The notes under the pieces are model-generated. The model was given only the letters and a program-made list of their open reading frames with translations. It was not told where the DNA came from and did no database searches. The translations under genes and the position numbers were made by a program. Below, piece after piece: positions 38,572-51,891 of a stretch of DNA of 64,000 nt. The DNA lies in assembly GCA_000934665.2 (NCBI GenBank), contig JYFJ02000399.1, positions 62,001 to 126,000 of the forward strand, in the 5' to 3' direction. The first letter of the stretch is position 1; every line of letters begins with the position of its first letter. This DNA comes from Catajapyx aquilonaris. Lineage: Eukaryota.

Positions 38572-38712
38572 CTATTTATTTATTTCATCATCAGCATCAT
38601 CATTATCATCATCATCATCATCATCTCCTTCACGGCGCGGCGTTTCCCAAACAGATATGAGGTTTCCAGCGGATATTGAGGAGGTCCTTATTTATTATTT
38701 ATTTATTTATTT
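38572..38712. repeat. (ATTT)n and (ATC)n microsatellites
   Basis: Directly visible: TATTTATTTATTT, CATCATCAT, TTTATTTATTTATTT. Confidence 0.8.
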
Positions 38713-40426
38713 GCTATAATTTAGTTGTATAGATGTATAGTAGCCTATATGTCTATTTATGAATTAACTGTCATTCATTTCATATTTATGATTCTCTAGT
38801 GTTATTTATTAAAATTATTATATGATGTTACTATTCATTTCGAATAGGATTTCCATTTATTTATTTCTAATGTTACTTAAAATTCGTACCCTTATTTTTC
38901 TTAAAAATTTTATTGTAAAGTGTAATTAAGCAGTAGGGTATATTATGTGACATACATAATACATTTCCGTTAATAGTTTCTCGAAATAAAATTTTGCGAC
39001 TATTATTTTAATGTATGTTTAGAATCGCACGGTAGCCCTTTTGATGTCAGAAATGGGCAACTGTTACTCTCAACATGTAACTAACAATATATTAGAGTCT
39101 CATGGCATTATTATAATAGGGTTCACTCTATTTGAAGTTTATTATCTTGTAAATGGGCTTAGTGAGTGATTCAGTGATACCAACCCTTAGAGGAGAAAGC
39201 CCAGTTGGACCAATCCGGTGGCAAGCAGCATCAGCAACTTGGTTAGAGAGATAAATGGAGCAAGTGATAAAGTGACCTAATTATACAAGCGAAACTATTG
39301 CAGTGTACAAAGTGGTGTTTACGCGGTTCGGATGATAAACCATGTTGCAGGCATTAATTGGAGGGGATTGCTCCGTCCTGACAGCTGCTCATTAACCGAT
39401 GGGGAATCAATTTTTTGGAAGCAAAAATTGAATCCTTCCTCGATTAAATATTGGCTGGGGGATTATTTTTTTTTTAAAAAAAGGTGATGGTTTGTGGGTC
39501 GCGTTTGGCTTGCAGTGTGTGTAAGGTCAGATGTGAGGAATGACAACAATAATATGGAAATGAGCGTATTGGATACTTTGGCGAATGGAGCAATTTTGCA
39601 CGCTTGTGGGTATGGATAAAGGCTGATAAGGCCAAAAGTTTCACGCGTGTTTTTTAAATGCTAATTGCTAATCCTGATGGAAAAGGCTGCATTTTGAGCT
39701 GGTATTAAAATAATAAATTAAAGCGAATATGCTAAGTGCATATAATTATTATGACTCAGCGGTTTCATACATTTAATCTGTGGTATGTGAAGTAGCTTGG
39801 CCCTCTGATCTTCAGAATTATCATAGTTGCAGCTATTCGTGGCATTCGCTGTAATTAAGAAGAGCAGCTACGTTCGTGGAATTCAGAGTAATTAGAGCAA
39901 CATAAGCATTCTTCGAGTACTATTAAACCATGAATGTGTAACTTAATTTTGACCAAGATGTAATGTGACTGAGTCTTCATATAATATGGAAGACATTCTA
40001 TTTTATTAACAGGTTATAACATAATTTTGCGATTTTTTTGTCATGCGCTTTACATTATAGCGTCGTTCCTTCATGACGGGTTTATCGCATTTGTGGGTTG
40101 GACTATGAGCCCGGATAAAGAGTTTAGACATATCAGTCAGTGAAAAGTATACATCATGAAAATCCCTCCAGCATCCCACTCTAATGCATGTATAACTCAA
40201 CCTTGCAAAAAAAAATATTTTCCAGATGCATCCCAGCCTGCAAAATGGTGAGGCTCAGAAGGCAGCGTGGGCGAGCCAGACTGGCCAATAAAATCTGTTT
40301 CAATTACTCCGGACGTGCACTGTTCCGCTGGGAGAAACGAATGGCCGGAAACGCACACTCAACATAAATACGAATGGTCTTGAAGGTGGTCGTGTATAGT
40401 TAGAGCAGCATCCCCCATCAGCAGTG

Positions 40427-40902
40427 ATGGTACCACAACAGCAAGCAATGGAGACGTCGATGGACCTCCTGGAGCTGAACGGCACCATGCCACCGTGTCC
40501 AGCCAACTTCGCGGACGTGTTCGGTCCAAACTGCACGTGGTGGATAATGATGAACGAAACCGGACACGACGAGGAGATGTACTCGTACGTGCTGCCTTGG
40601 TGGCGACAGCTGATTTGGACGCTCTTCTTCGCGGCCATGGTGGTGGTGGCCACAGGGGGAAACCTGATAGTCATCTGGATCGTGCTGGCTCACAAGAGGA
40701 TGAGGACTGTCACCAACTACCTGCTGGTCAACCTGTCCATCGCGGACACGATGGTGTCCACTCTCAACGTCACCTTCACCTACACATACATGCTGTACAA
40801 TGACTGGCCATTCGGGAGGATCTACTGCAAGATCAGCGAGTTTGTGGCCGTGCTGTCCATTTGTGCCAGTGTGTTCACCCTCATGGCCATCGCCATCGAT
40901 AG
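40427..40902 (+). CDS. TkR99D: Tachykinin-like peptide receptor 99D-like GPCR, first coding exon (N-terminus to TM3, up to DR of DRY)
   Basis: Translation includes LPWWRQLIW, GGNLIVIWIVLAHKRMRTVTNYLLVNLSIAD, WPFGRIYCK and SVFTLMAIAIDR, with N-glycosylation sites NGT/NCT/NET. Donor AG|GTGAGT at 40903. A probable exon acceptor TTTCCAG ends at 40225. Confidence 0.93.
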
Positions 40903-42828
40903 GTGAGTCATTAACTACCCAAACCGGCACGAACTGGAACGATCCAGCTCGATTGAAACCAAAATCGGTAGGTATCTAGGTAGTGCCAGTATTAATCGCT
41001 GGCACAATCTCATCCAACTGACATATTCTCAACCCAAGGGCCTTAACATTTGTTCATTTATTTATCACATATTTACGTGTAAGATACTTTATTCGTTTGT
41101 ATTTTCCTCTATATTCTCTTTTCCGCATATTAATAATTAAAAAATAGTTCAGTCAAAACTAGCTTTCACATTATTTAAAATTCGATGTCACTTGGTCTTT
41201 CACACAATTTCTGTAAAAACATATGTACAAACCGTCAAAACGAGGTTTATCATTGCAAAAAAAATTGTTTTCGCCAAAAGTAGCTGCAGTAATTTTGAGC
41301 CGAAAAGCTTCTTATTTCACCTGAAAGCAGGCAGAACGTATATGCACCTAGACGTGCTAAAAACAACAAAGGCCCCAACCCCCATTGTTAGCACCTCCCA
41401 CACGTAGCCTCATCTCACAGAAAAAGCTCGCTAAATATTTCCTCTTTACAACCCACACACCCCAACCGCTACAAAACGTAGACCCCCAAAAGAATTGAAA
41501 GGAAAACGAGTATTAAAAAAATACGCAAAAAGAAAAAGATATTAATGTTAGAAAAGTTTGCCCACAAGGCATTCGAAATAGTGCGGTACAGTTTTCCATG
41601 CAAATTTAATTTTGGTCTCAACTCTTCCCTCTTATATAATTCCATATTTTTCCTCCAGTGGTTTCGCCATAAGGTCTTTATGCGGTTTCCAATATTTTAT
41701 GAAAAGGACATGGACCCTTGTTGTCATGTTCTTTCTTCAAAAGCCCCCGCAGGATTATTTGCGACAGAAAAGGTTCAATTTAAAGGACCACGACCTTTTC
41801 TAAGGAAAAAATAAATTAGGGTTTCTGACCACGAAATATTCCAGTGGATAGAAATTCCGAGCACATCATCTTCATGCAAATTTTCCTTCCCACTCAGAAG
41901 TAGCCAGTTGCCTTGAAAAGGAGCTACGTGCAAAATTGATGTCCTCTCGTAGCGGTTTGATGGGAAGGGTCGTGGTTGGGGAGACCTGACCACGGTCTTA
42001 GAAGGAGAGGTCGGGAAACTCGCCGCCATTTTGCGTTCCGTTACTCATTCCCGCCGTGGCGCTGACTGGAGGTGGCCATGATGTGACCTGGATCGTGAAC
42101 ATCTCCATATTGCGGCCATCTTGGTATACGCTATCGGTAGCTAAGACCGTGATCGGTAGTAATCGGGAGGGGGGTCGCTGATAAACCTAGTAATCGGGAG
42201 GAGGGTCGCTATCGTCGCTATAGTTGTTATGGCGAATGAACGACACGCACAGCGAGATTCCATTGTTTTACTAGCGCCGCTGCGGGAAGGAATAACGGAT
42301 CGGCCTTTTCTATTGCGCTGGGATAGAAGTGTCCATGGGCTGGACCTGACCTTATCAATTATGCATCAAAAAGAAAAATGGACAGTGACCTCTCGCGAAT
42401 TTTGGCAGCCGGACATTTCCGTTTTAAAGGAACGTGGTGTAGAATCTATTTGTCCGGTTTCATTACAGTCGGACTAGGGGTTCCGGAATATTTGAGGTGC
42501 GGGACTGATGCTCATGAAAGCCCGGAAAAGTGCTTTGTGTCCGGGGAGGGGGGGGGGGAGGTTGTGCGAATGGAGACAGAATCATGATTGGTATCAGTCG
42601 AGCCGGTGAAAACTGCCGGTTATTGAAAAGCCCGGATATTTAACTGGGGCGGTACAAAAATGGTGAAATGTTCCGGAACATTCCAACCAAATTCAAACTA
42701 ATTAAGCAGCAGAGGCAGAAAACATGCTCCATTTCAGTTGCATTATTGAACAGTACCACATCACAGTTAAAGTGACGTCAATTTAATCCTCTCCAGTGAC
42801 GATATTTCATTAAGACTTCACTTTGCTG

Positions 42829-43466
42829 CACTGTGCTGATGGACTGACTTGGAGGTGTTACTTTGCGATCAACAAAGTAGCGTCTATAAGTCATACTGCA
42901 GATGATGTTTGACGTCCAAGTCGGTACATCTAATCGGTACGGTGATGTAATATTTTCAAATCGGTAGCTTACATCGTGATGTCGGTACATCTTAACCAGG
43001 GAGCATAAACTATACATAAGAGGCGCCAACATTCGATTTTTGCGTCTCTCTGTTTGGGGCGTTGCCAAGGATGGCGGCCATTTTGAAGTGTGTGGAACGC
43101 CAACGTGGTATAAATAGGGTACAGGCAAAAATAGGGTCTGCCATCTTTGATTCGCCCGTGTTCTTGCCTTTCTTGCCATGTAGTTGCCATGGCCGCAACA
43201 ATCATCAAAGATGGCGGACCCTATTTTTGCATGTACCCTATTTATACCTCGTTGGCGTTCCACACACTTCAAAATGGCCGCCAGCCTTGGCAACGCCCCA
43301 AATAGAGAGACGTGAACATCAAAGGCGCCGACAGAAGTTTGCGCCTCTTATGTATATAGTATATGCCCCCTGTCTTAACGATGTGCTATCTACAAGTCAG
43401 TACCGTAAACAGTATTTGGCTATTACAAAGCAACACCTCCGGAGTCGGTACATGAATATTACAGTG
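42829..43466. mobile_element. CACTA/CMC-like MITE copy (CACTG...CAGTG, 2-bp TG flanks) interrupted by a nested P-like MITE
   Basis: The right end TCGGTACATGAATATTACAGTG matches the 9696-10003 element. GTCGGTAC subrepeats lie on both sides of the nested insert. Confidence 0.6.
42997..43372. mobile_element. P-element-superfamily-like palindromic MITE with 7-bp TSD (TCTTAAC)
   Basis: Termini CAGGGAGCATAAACTATACATAAGAGGCGC / GCGCCTCTTATGTATATAGTATATGCCCCCTG. TCTTAAC occurs at 42990-42996 and 43373-43379. Inner arms of about 100 bp are inverted. Confidence 0.8.
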
Positions 43467-45493
43467 TGAATTTAGATCCAGTCAATCAATTTTACACACG
43501 TCAATTAATTTTCATTCGTGTTCATCCCAATCCCATTAGTGCAATAGCCGCTGCCTATGTTCCTTAAGAGGCCTTGCAATGTAGCCAATATTCTCAAGCC
43601 CCCCTTCAATTACGAGCCCTGAATGGACCCGGATTGAATTTCTGGACCTTACAAGGCCTCTTAGGAGACGTAAACAACCTTTTCTTGAACCCGCATTTAC
43701 CTCATCCTTCAGGACCTGCTTAAGACGCCCAAGTTCCTTTCCTCCTGTACTTCCTTACATTAAGGTTGGACCCGACCTCTGGAGAAAATTATATAACCGT
43801 CAAGGCGTCGGCGTTATCATCATCACAGGGACCTACAGCTATACGTTCTCTCCCTGCAGCACTGCAGGGGTGCTTATAATAACATCGTAACGAAGCTTTT
43901 GCCAAGTGCAAAGTTGCTTACCTTTGCTGGGGCTCTTCTTCCGGACTGTGGAACACACTCTCATCCTCTGCTGGGTATGGCGGCAGGATGCTGTGAAAGA
44001 ATTCAATCAGAGGGTTATTGTTCAATATCGAGGTGCACAGCAAGGGTTCGTCATTGTTGAAGAAAAAACGTGAGGATATTTCAGATGTGGGCACACTTTT
44101 TATTAGTTTATTCGATTTTCTGCTGTCCTTTTTTTCATTGCGGTACAGCAGTTACGTGAACCACAATTGCGCATTGCTACATATTGTGCCTAAGCTTGCA
44201 GTAATCTCCATGCCATTTACTGGGCCCCGGTGGGAGGGAAGTACTTGTTTATTGCTATACCACCCGTGCAAGTATTTAGGTACAAAACAGGCGGTTTTGG
44301 CAACCCCCATGAACGTTGCCAAATTTGGCAAGGATCCAAGCACATTATTAGTGGTACTACTACTGGATCAACCCAAGCAAACTGAGCCAGTGGAGCGTAT
44401 CTCTGTGTCTCTAACATCCGACGGTGGCATTAATCGACGACATTACGTCAGTTAGTCCATTCAAGTCTGACCGCCGAAGTGACGTGGGCCGCAAATGACG
44501 TCACAGGGGCAGAATGGCTGACGTCACATGTTTTGATACAGAATTATTCAAACTTCCAGAGTGAACTTTTAAGCATAATTATTTCACGACCTTTTCCTCC
44601 AGAAACCCAATTACTGTTTCTAAATTGACTATTAGTGCTACTGAATTGTTTTGTCTCCTTCACTGTTTTTCCCTTGACTGCACTTGCACCATGCCCTTAT
44701 TAAACCATAACTTACGGTTACAGCCCGAGTTGATTATACGCAATGTAAATTACACCTGGTGGGTCATAATCGCCCACGTCTAACTAGGGCTTAGAAAATG
44801 AACACTGTCTCTGGACCATATTCCTCCTATCCTAGTAACTAATCTGAATCTGACACGGTTGCCAATGTATCCGGCTAATTTCTGCGAGTTCCTCTAATGG
44901 TTTATAAGCAGGCATAAGATGCTTCCCAAAAGGTCAAATTCAGGCCCTTTGATCATTGCAAGGGTAATCACGACCTGACCGCAGAGGAACGAGGTGTTTC
45001 ATACCGAGGATTAGGTTGGGGGCTGGTAAACATGAGATTAGAAAATTTTGACCCTTTTGCTTTAGGCAAATATGCGGAACACTATGAAGAAGCATTATTT
45101 TAAGCAAAGTTTCGTGCAGGCATCAGGTGTTCACTTATTCATGAGAATGCGGGCTTGTGTTTTCGCATGGGATTTGCCAACTTATTATTGCGAAAAAAAA
45201 GAGCAGATGGCAGTAAAAGGAGGATGTTGCCCTTCGCTTTAATGGTTTTATCAGAGGTTCAATGGACGAAAAGATTTAGGAGATCGGATGTGGGTGTGAT
45301 TTGTCGATTTTTGAGGGAAAATAGTTCAGGCGAAAAATCGTTGAGTGTTATCATAGTAAGCTACACACCAATCAATTGCTATCCTGTAACATAAGAGTAA
45401 GTTTGTGCTGTAAACATAAAGAAATTTTTTCTTAATTACCGGTACGAGTATTAGTGACAACTCCCATACCATGTTTGAAATTAGCTCAAAATA

Positions 45494-45667
45494 CAGGGGT
45501 CGAATCTTTAAAAAATTTTGCCAAATTGAAAGTTTGCATATTAGTTATTTAGAGTAATTTTTAATAACTGGCTTTAAGTAGGCGTGCAAAGGTTGCACTC
45601 CAATAATGCTCAGTTTGGAGTGCAAATGACACATAATTTTGAAGTGCAGCACCTATTTCGACCCCTG
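45494..45667. mobile_element. Degenerate Tc1/mariner-type MITE (CAGGGGTCGAA...TTCGACCCCTG)
   Basis: 11-bp TIR with TA on the left side. Confidence 0.5.
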
Positions 45668-47523
45668 AATATGTGTCTTTTCGCTCACAAAATATAAGAC
45701 CATGTCAAGCAGGCAAAGAGTATTTCGCTCACTCAGCAACTCCTGCAAGAATGGGATAGCCAGAAAAATATGTCATTACAAGACCACACACCATCTTGAA
45801 GCCATCTTTGGGGAGGCTCTCAAATTGTGTCCAAATTGGATCTGCCGCATCCTTTTTTGATGGATTTTCAAGTGGTCCTTTACCCACGAAAAAAAAGGTC
45901 GCCTGCGAGAGATGCTCTCAAAGGACGCATCTTTAATGAATTCCATATTGAAGGCATTTTCTCCATGCTCGCAAGATGTCGCCAAAATCACGAATAATTT
46001 CTAACTAATTTAGCTATTTGTATTTTTTTGTGTGCAAGAATCGTGGCATGAATTATTTCGAATATCCTCTATACCTGCAAAGCGTGTATATGGCCTCATC
46101 GCACAAATCAGCCAGAGCAATGATTGTGTATATTGCAGCCAGCATCCTCATTAACTATTAACCTCGGCAGAAAAGGGAAGCCCCATGGTTGTGTTAGGGG
46201 AGGGGATGGACCCCATCGGTTCAGCAATCGTTAGAGTGATGAGGTACCCCAAACGTCAATTTGTCGCTTGGTGATCGGGAAAATCGAGCTGCGGTTTTTC
46301 GCCCGTGTAAACCTGACACGTGACCTTCCACTTGTTTTTCCGTCTGTCTTCACAACAGGTGATTACACCTTGACATAAATTTAATTAATTAATCCAACGA
46401 GTACGAGGAGACATGCCTGCCATAATACGTTTTTTTGTTAATTTAAATTAAATTTATTAAATGAACATAGGCAAAGGTTAAAATTAAGGCGTGGTGCAAT
46501 TATACAGATGCTGGTGTTAATTTAGCATGAAATTAACCCGCTGGGCTTACCGCACTACATGTAAGCAGCCCTGGAGATATGTCACATAGTCTGAATTATT
46601 ATTCATCATGCAAGTACAACATTTTAATCCGTTCGCAATTTGGCTAATTGCGCAAACAGCCCCTCGAGCTACTTAAATGTCAGATTTTGTAAACAATTTC
46701 TTGAATCCGGTCATGAGAGTGCGACGTTGGAGCAAAACCTTGGAGCAATAAAAGTAGCTAGCATTAAGCTAATTGTAAACAGAGCGAGAAGGGCATTTTA
46801 TTGGCTATTAAAATGCTGGTGGAGGCCCATTAAAGTGATTGGCTGCTGACATTTTTCTGATGGCAAATCTGGCATGTGTCATCGTATAAACGTGTTATCA
46901 ATCACGACCAAATTGGATTAAGTGGATTTTTTTAACGCACCAAATATTGATACCTGCTGCTATCATAGCATCATCTTAATCAGAACAATTCCACTTACAT
47001 TAGTACCGGATGTATACAAGCGCGTGTTTATTTATACTGCGAGTCTTTGTAGGATACACTGTATCAACTCAATATTAATGAGAAAATATCCGATTTCGTC
47101 GTATTATGTGTCGTCAATACCTGATGCTCGCTGTTTCGTAATTCGCTTTTATATTACTTGACCTATAGTACGTCGGAGAAGGTAAAAAAACAACATTTCC
47201 TACAATTGCAAAGGAAATAATACGCATAAATAAAAGGTATTCACATGTGTGAAAAATGTAAGCAATGAAATATGAAAGCAATATTGATGTAATAATAATT
47301 GAAGTACAGGCAGAAAAAAGACATGGAGTAATAAAATGATTATAGCCTACATCATATATATTGCAATGCTCATTACATGATAATACCAAGTACATAAATT
47401 ACATGTTTTATATTTTTATCATAATTTGTACCCCGTGCTAGAGCCATGGGCCCTCTTAGGGAGGTGGGATACCACCATATTTTTTATCTGGAACTCTTAC
47501 TTTCGTTTTTACTTCTTTTATAT

Positions 47524-47711
47524 GGGGATGGGATAGGGATGGAAGAAAGCGGCTGTGGCCTATATTACGGACATGACCCCGGAATTTTCCGGGTGAGACC
47601 ATGGGAAGCCACAGAAAACCACGGTCAGGGTCGGCGGCCCCCGGGATTCGAACCCAGGACCTCCCGATTAGCAGTAGGATACCATATCCCCTCCGCTACC
47701 ACTGCTTCGGT
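47524..47711 (-). mobile_element. tRNA-derived SINE
   Basis: On the minus strand there is an A-box-like TGGTAGCGGAGG and a B-box GGTTCGAATCC (47654-47644), then a non-tRNA body GTGGTTTTCTGTGGCTTCCC...GGCCACAGCCGCTTTCTTCC resembling widespread arthropod SINE bodies. It is embedded in AT-rich DNA. Confidence 0.75.
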
Positions 47712-48678
47712 TAAATATTTAATTTTTTCATACCTTTTTAATTTTGATTTGTTAATTTTACAAATTTTTGTACTTTATAGCAGTCTTATATTATAACACT
47801 TTTATAAAGTAAAAATAAAAAATATATAATAGGTATGGAAAAATAAAATATTTAAATAATTACACAAAAGTACAGTATATAAAAATTCAACAAGGATATT
47901 CCTGTTTTTTATCGGATATTTTTACAGTATAGATGTAACATGCGTGTCCAGATTTTAGCATGTTTTTTTGGAACATCACTGAACTGCGATGCTCGCAATA
48001 ATTTGGCACGACAGGTGTACAAGAGGCCTGCAATTCGCACAGCACCATTTTCTGTCGCCTTCCTAAATCCCACTCGCCATTCTGCATGGACCTGTTGAAA
48101 CTAATTAGTCCCAAACACCACCTTTTTTCCCCCCTCCACATCTCTCCCTCTCAGCTCCACCTACTCTTTTCAAATCAGGCGCGGTTGCTGGGGTAGGTAG
48201 GTGGTGGTAGGCAGGAGGAGTTTTGGGGTGCAAAAATCCCCCACCCATTATCAGCCAGCAGGAAATTAGCACGCCAATTTCACATCCCCGACAGCAGGGC
48301 CTCGCACGCAATACGTGTCGGCTGCGACTGGCACTTTTTTTTACCAGCCAAAAACGCGGGGTCATCTCGACCTGACCTAACCCTCAGCTTTCCTGCAAAA
48401 CCTGCCTTAACTCTTAAACCCCTAGTAATTAATCATTAGAAGGGAAAAGTGCCAACTCCAGAAGCTGCAGACTCTTGACTCCTGGACGACGTGGACTGCC
48501 AAAATGCTCTAATTTCAGCCCATTGTGTACCTCCAGCCTGATGTGAAATGGAGATTTCGTGTCTCAAAATGCCAAGGGCCGCAATTAACGCCGCAGAAAT
48601 GGGGGTGTTCAAAATGCGCAATAGTATCTGCAAGCTCGGATTTTAGCCAAAAATTACATGAATTATTGTACGAGCTTA

Positions 48679-48924
48679 ACTGAGTGCGCACCCACACTCG
48701 CGCAGCTCCAATGTTCTGACAACAACATTGCCAGAGTTACTCCGCATGGGCCAAATTCACATCCATCCAGAGTAACGTCGCAAAAGTCGGCCATACCAGT
48801 ATTGTTCCCCCCTCAAGCGTAGCGTTGGAAATAAGTGCAGTGCTTGTTTACAGGCACACTCACTATGCAGAAGGCATCATTTCAACCATGATGCAGGCTG
48901 CGTGAACTGTGGTGCTCAATCGGT
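48679..48924. mobile_element. MITE family copy 2 (relative of 37212-37474), TA flanks
   Basis: TA-ACTGAGTGCGCACCCACACTCGCGCAG ... CTGCGTGAACTGTGGTGCTCAATCGGT-TA. Confidence 0.75.
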
Positions 48925-51690
48925 TACGCTAGTTTTAAAAATTATTTCGGGACGACAATAGATTAATGTTGATTTTTTTTAATTGAATTATTTTTGTTAT
49001 TTTTTTTGTATAATATTGTAGTGATTTAAAATACAATTATCACAAAAAAATCCCTGCGGAATTGTAAAAAAAAATAGTGATTTAAAATACAATAACTCAT
49101 TCGTTGAGCCACATTCTCTCACAATATTATTACGCTGTTGAAGTCAAGAATCATTTAGGTTCAATACATAGGTGCAATACATACCATCTCCATTTAGGCA
49201 CATTTTGCTTAGCAACCAACTCAATCCCAAACATTGTCCTATGTGTTGTCGTACAGCAGCACTTCAGAGTTTCATTGTGCCACTTACACCCTAGCCTCCC
49301 AACCACCCAATCTTATAGAGCCTATTCCGAGGCAACGAAAGTCCTTTAGGAACCCTAAAATTTTACGAGTGCAATTACCTCACACTATCCTTATACCCTT
49401 GAAGATTATAGCAGTAGTGTATATGTGCGATATGTGTAACTATCCATCTGATATACTGTTAAAATAACAACTAGAAGTAGGCCTACCTACGCGAGAAAAC
49501 TTCCAATGAAGGTACCGGCATCTAAAAACCAGTCCATTCCACTGTCAGAGCCTGGCTGTCCCCCTTAATTCTCATCCTCTCGGTCCACCCACAGCGAACT
49601 ATGTTTGCCGACCTGAATGAGTTCGTGGAAGGGAAGCTGTATGTGTTGATAGACCGGAACCCCCGGAACTAATCCGGAACCAGGCGATGAAAAGACCCGC
49701 AGCCTGTGTGTTATGGGGTGCTGTCCTAGATTGAAGATCCGTCAAGATTGGAAGCTCTTTTTTTTGTGCGTGTGTGTGTGTGTGTGAAAAGGTCGAACTC
49801 TGGTCCCTTCAGATATGTTATAAAAATTAGTGACGACCACACCAAACTACCAATAGTAACGAACTAATTCATAATTTACTGTACAGCAAGAGAAAACATT
49901 GTGGCATATCAGTGCCTAAATGTGAAAATCCGGATCCGGGTGTTCAACAGACTCTGAATAATTAAAACTGGATAAAACTAGACGCTGCGAGTAGTGCAAA
50001 CGTGTCAACATGTTCGAGCCGGCTGAACCGCTAATTTTAACTGCTACAGACACGTTATACTGTACCGTTAAAATATACCATAAATATAAAAGTCCGGATG
50101 GCGCAACAAAGTGTAATATCATACACAGAATTTATTGAGAATGTGCAACTCCACCCTATAAACAAGTTGCCTCATCGCCTATAGGTAATAGTCACCATAT
50201 AGTTTTGACTTTTCCCCTTCAACAATTAGAGAACAATTATGTTGTAGTCAAAAAAAATCCGAATTCTCTGACACATACTTCTAATTAACTCATCGCCGTG
50301 CACCATGTGACCCAGTTTAAAACCAGCCTTTTGACTCTTTAAAGGCCACAAAATTGAAAAGCAAAAATCCGGGTCCCTATAATCCGGAGACAAACTCATA
50401 TAAGCTGGCTCCACGTTATCATCGATAGCAGGGGTGACCAACAGGTCTCATCACACTAATTTTTTTTGCGAAAAGCTCCTTGATTTACGCCGCTTTTTGC
50501 CTGTTGAGTTTTTTTTTTTGTCTATCCTGACAACGAGCCCACATAACAAACGCCATATGCCAGCTTTATTTCCCGCCATAAAAACCGACGCCCCGAGACG
50601 CTCCTGCAATCAATCCCGTCAGTGCCAAATGGACTTCACGACTCTTATCTTATTCGGTGGGATGGGCACTGCTCTTGACGCCCTAGAGACATTACTCTTT
50701 GTTGGGATAATGTCCTCAGGTATAAGATTATTTTGCAGCTGAAGCCCACAAGTTAATCAGCTTGAGGAAGGTTGTCAAACCCACAGCTCTCTCTTTTTTT
50801 AAAAACTGGGACTGGTTACAAATAAGGGTATGCCAAATGGCTGTTGCAGAAAGTGCTGAGGCGTGGAGGTTCATTGCGCTAATTAATTAACGTGGTTTAA
50901 ATGGCGGGGCTTCTCCAGCAGGTTCGTTTGCATCACGGCCACAAAAAATGGCGAAATATTCTTACCACATTTTTGCTCTTATTCAGTATCGTGCAATATG
51001 CAGAATTATTCAGAATATTTTGCAGCACTCTCATGTAGCCTTGAAGTTATCCTGTAGTGTCTGCAACCCAACATTCTCATTGAACCTACATGAATCCTGC
51101 ACGTCAGGGGCAAACCTCACCTTTCCAACAACAATATTCCGCTGGCAATTTCTAGCACCGGAAATAAAACTGGTTCGATAATCCACGCCTCAATAAACGG
51201 CAGTCCATTCCTTTGTCTGATTTTGATCGATAAGCACTACCTGTAATGGTTGGAGTCTGATTATTACTAGGGAGGTGTCGGATTGAGTGGTCAAACCCTG
51301 ATGAATTCTGGGACATGCTGTACACTTTGTTCATACACTGGGTTTCGTCACTTTAATTGCCTTGCTCATCCTCCAGATTCATTCAAAGTGGCGTGTGCCA
51401 ACATGTAAGATCCATTCCCTGGAAAATGAGAGGATTAAAGTTTTTTTTGCATCATTTGAATTCTAGTGCGTCACAGTTGCGTGTATAATTCCAGCAAATG
51501 GAAAAATCACTAAGCCAATTACAGGCAAATAGCTAGTAATGAAATCTGACCCGGAACTACAAAGTGCACCATGTGCTTTTCCAATTCCCTCCAGAGTTCT
51601 CCCAAAAAAAACATGTTGGGTAGTTTAAACAATCATTGGGTCTGTTCACTCTTGGAAGCGGCTCATTAGCACTCTTGTAATCCCCTGCAG

Positions 51691-51891
51691 GTACATGGCC
51701 ATCATGAACCCTCTGAGGCCTCGAATGGGTCGAAGGACGACCCTGTGCATCGCAGGTTGCATCTGGGTGGTCGGCTTCCTGCTATCCATGCCCATGCTCT
51801 TGTTCTACACCACTGAAGAGTCTGATACCAGGACTGTCTGCTATGCCGAGTGGCCAGACGGACCTTCGACACAGAGTGAGCAAGAGTACAT
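51691..51891 (+). CDS. TkR99D: TkR99D-like receptor coding exon 2 (YMAIMNPLRPRM...TM4...CYAEWPDG)
   Basis: Acceptor CCCCTGCAG and donor AT|GTAAGT. It completes the DRY motif in phase 2. Confidence 0.93.

Noticed and set aside
40418..40930. Antisense 170-aa ORF over receptor exon 1
   Set aside because: An antisense shadow of a GC3-rich coding exon.
42778..43469. Opposite-strand ORF pair with near-identical translations (MPR.AAILKCVERQRG...)
   Set aside because: An artefact of the palindromic MITE; there are no transposase motifs.
47630..47711. tRNA gene
   Set aside because: Only the B-box and a weak A-box are present, without a full cloverleaf, and it continues into a SINE-like body.
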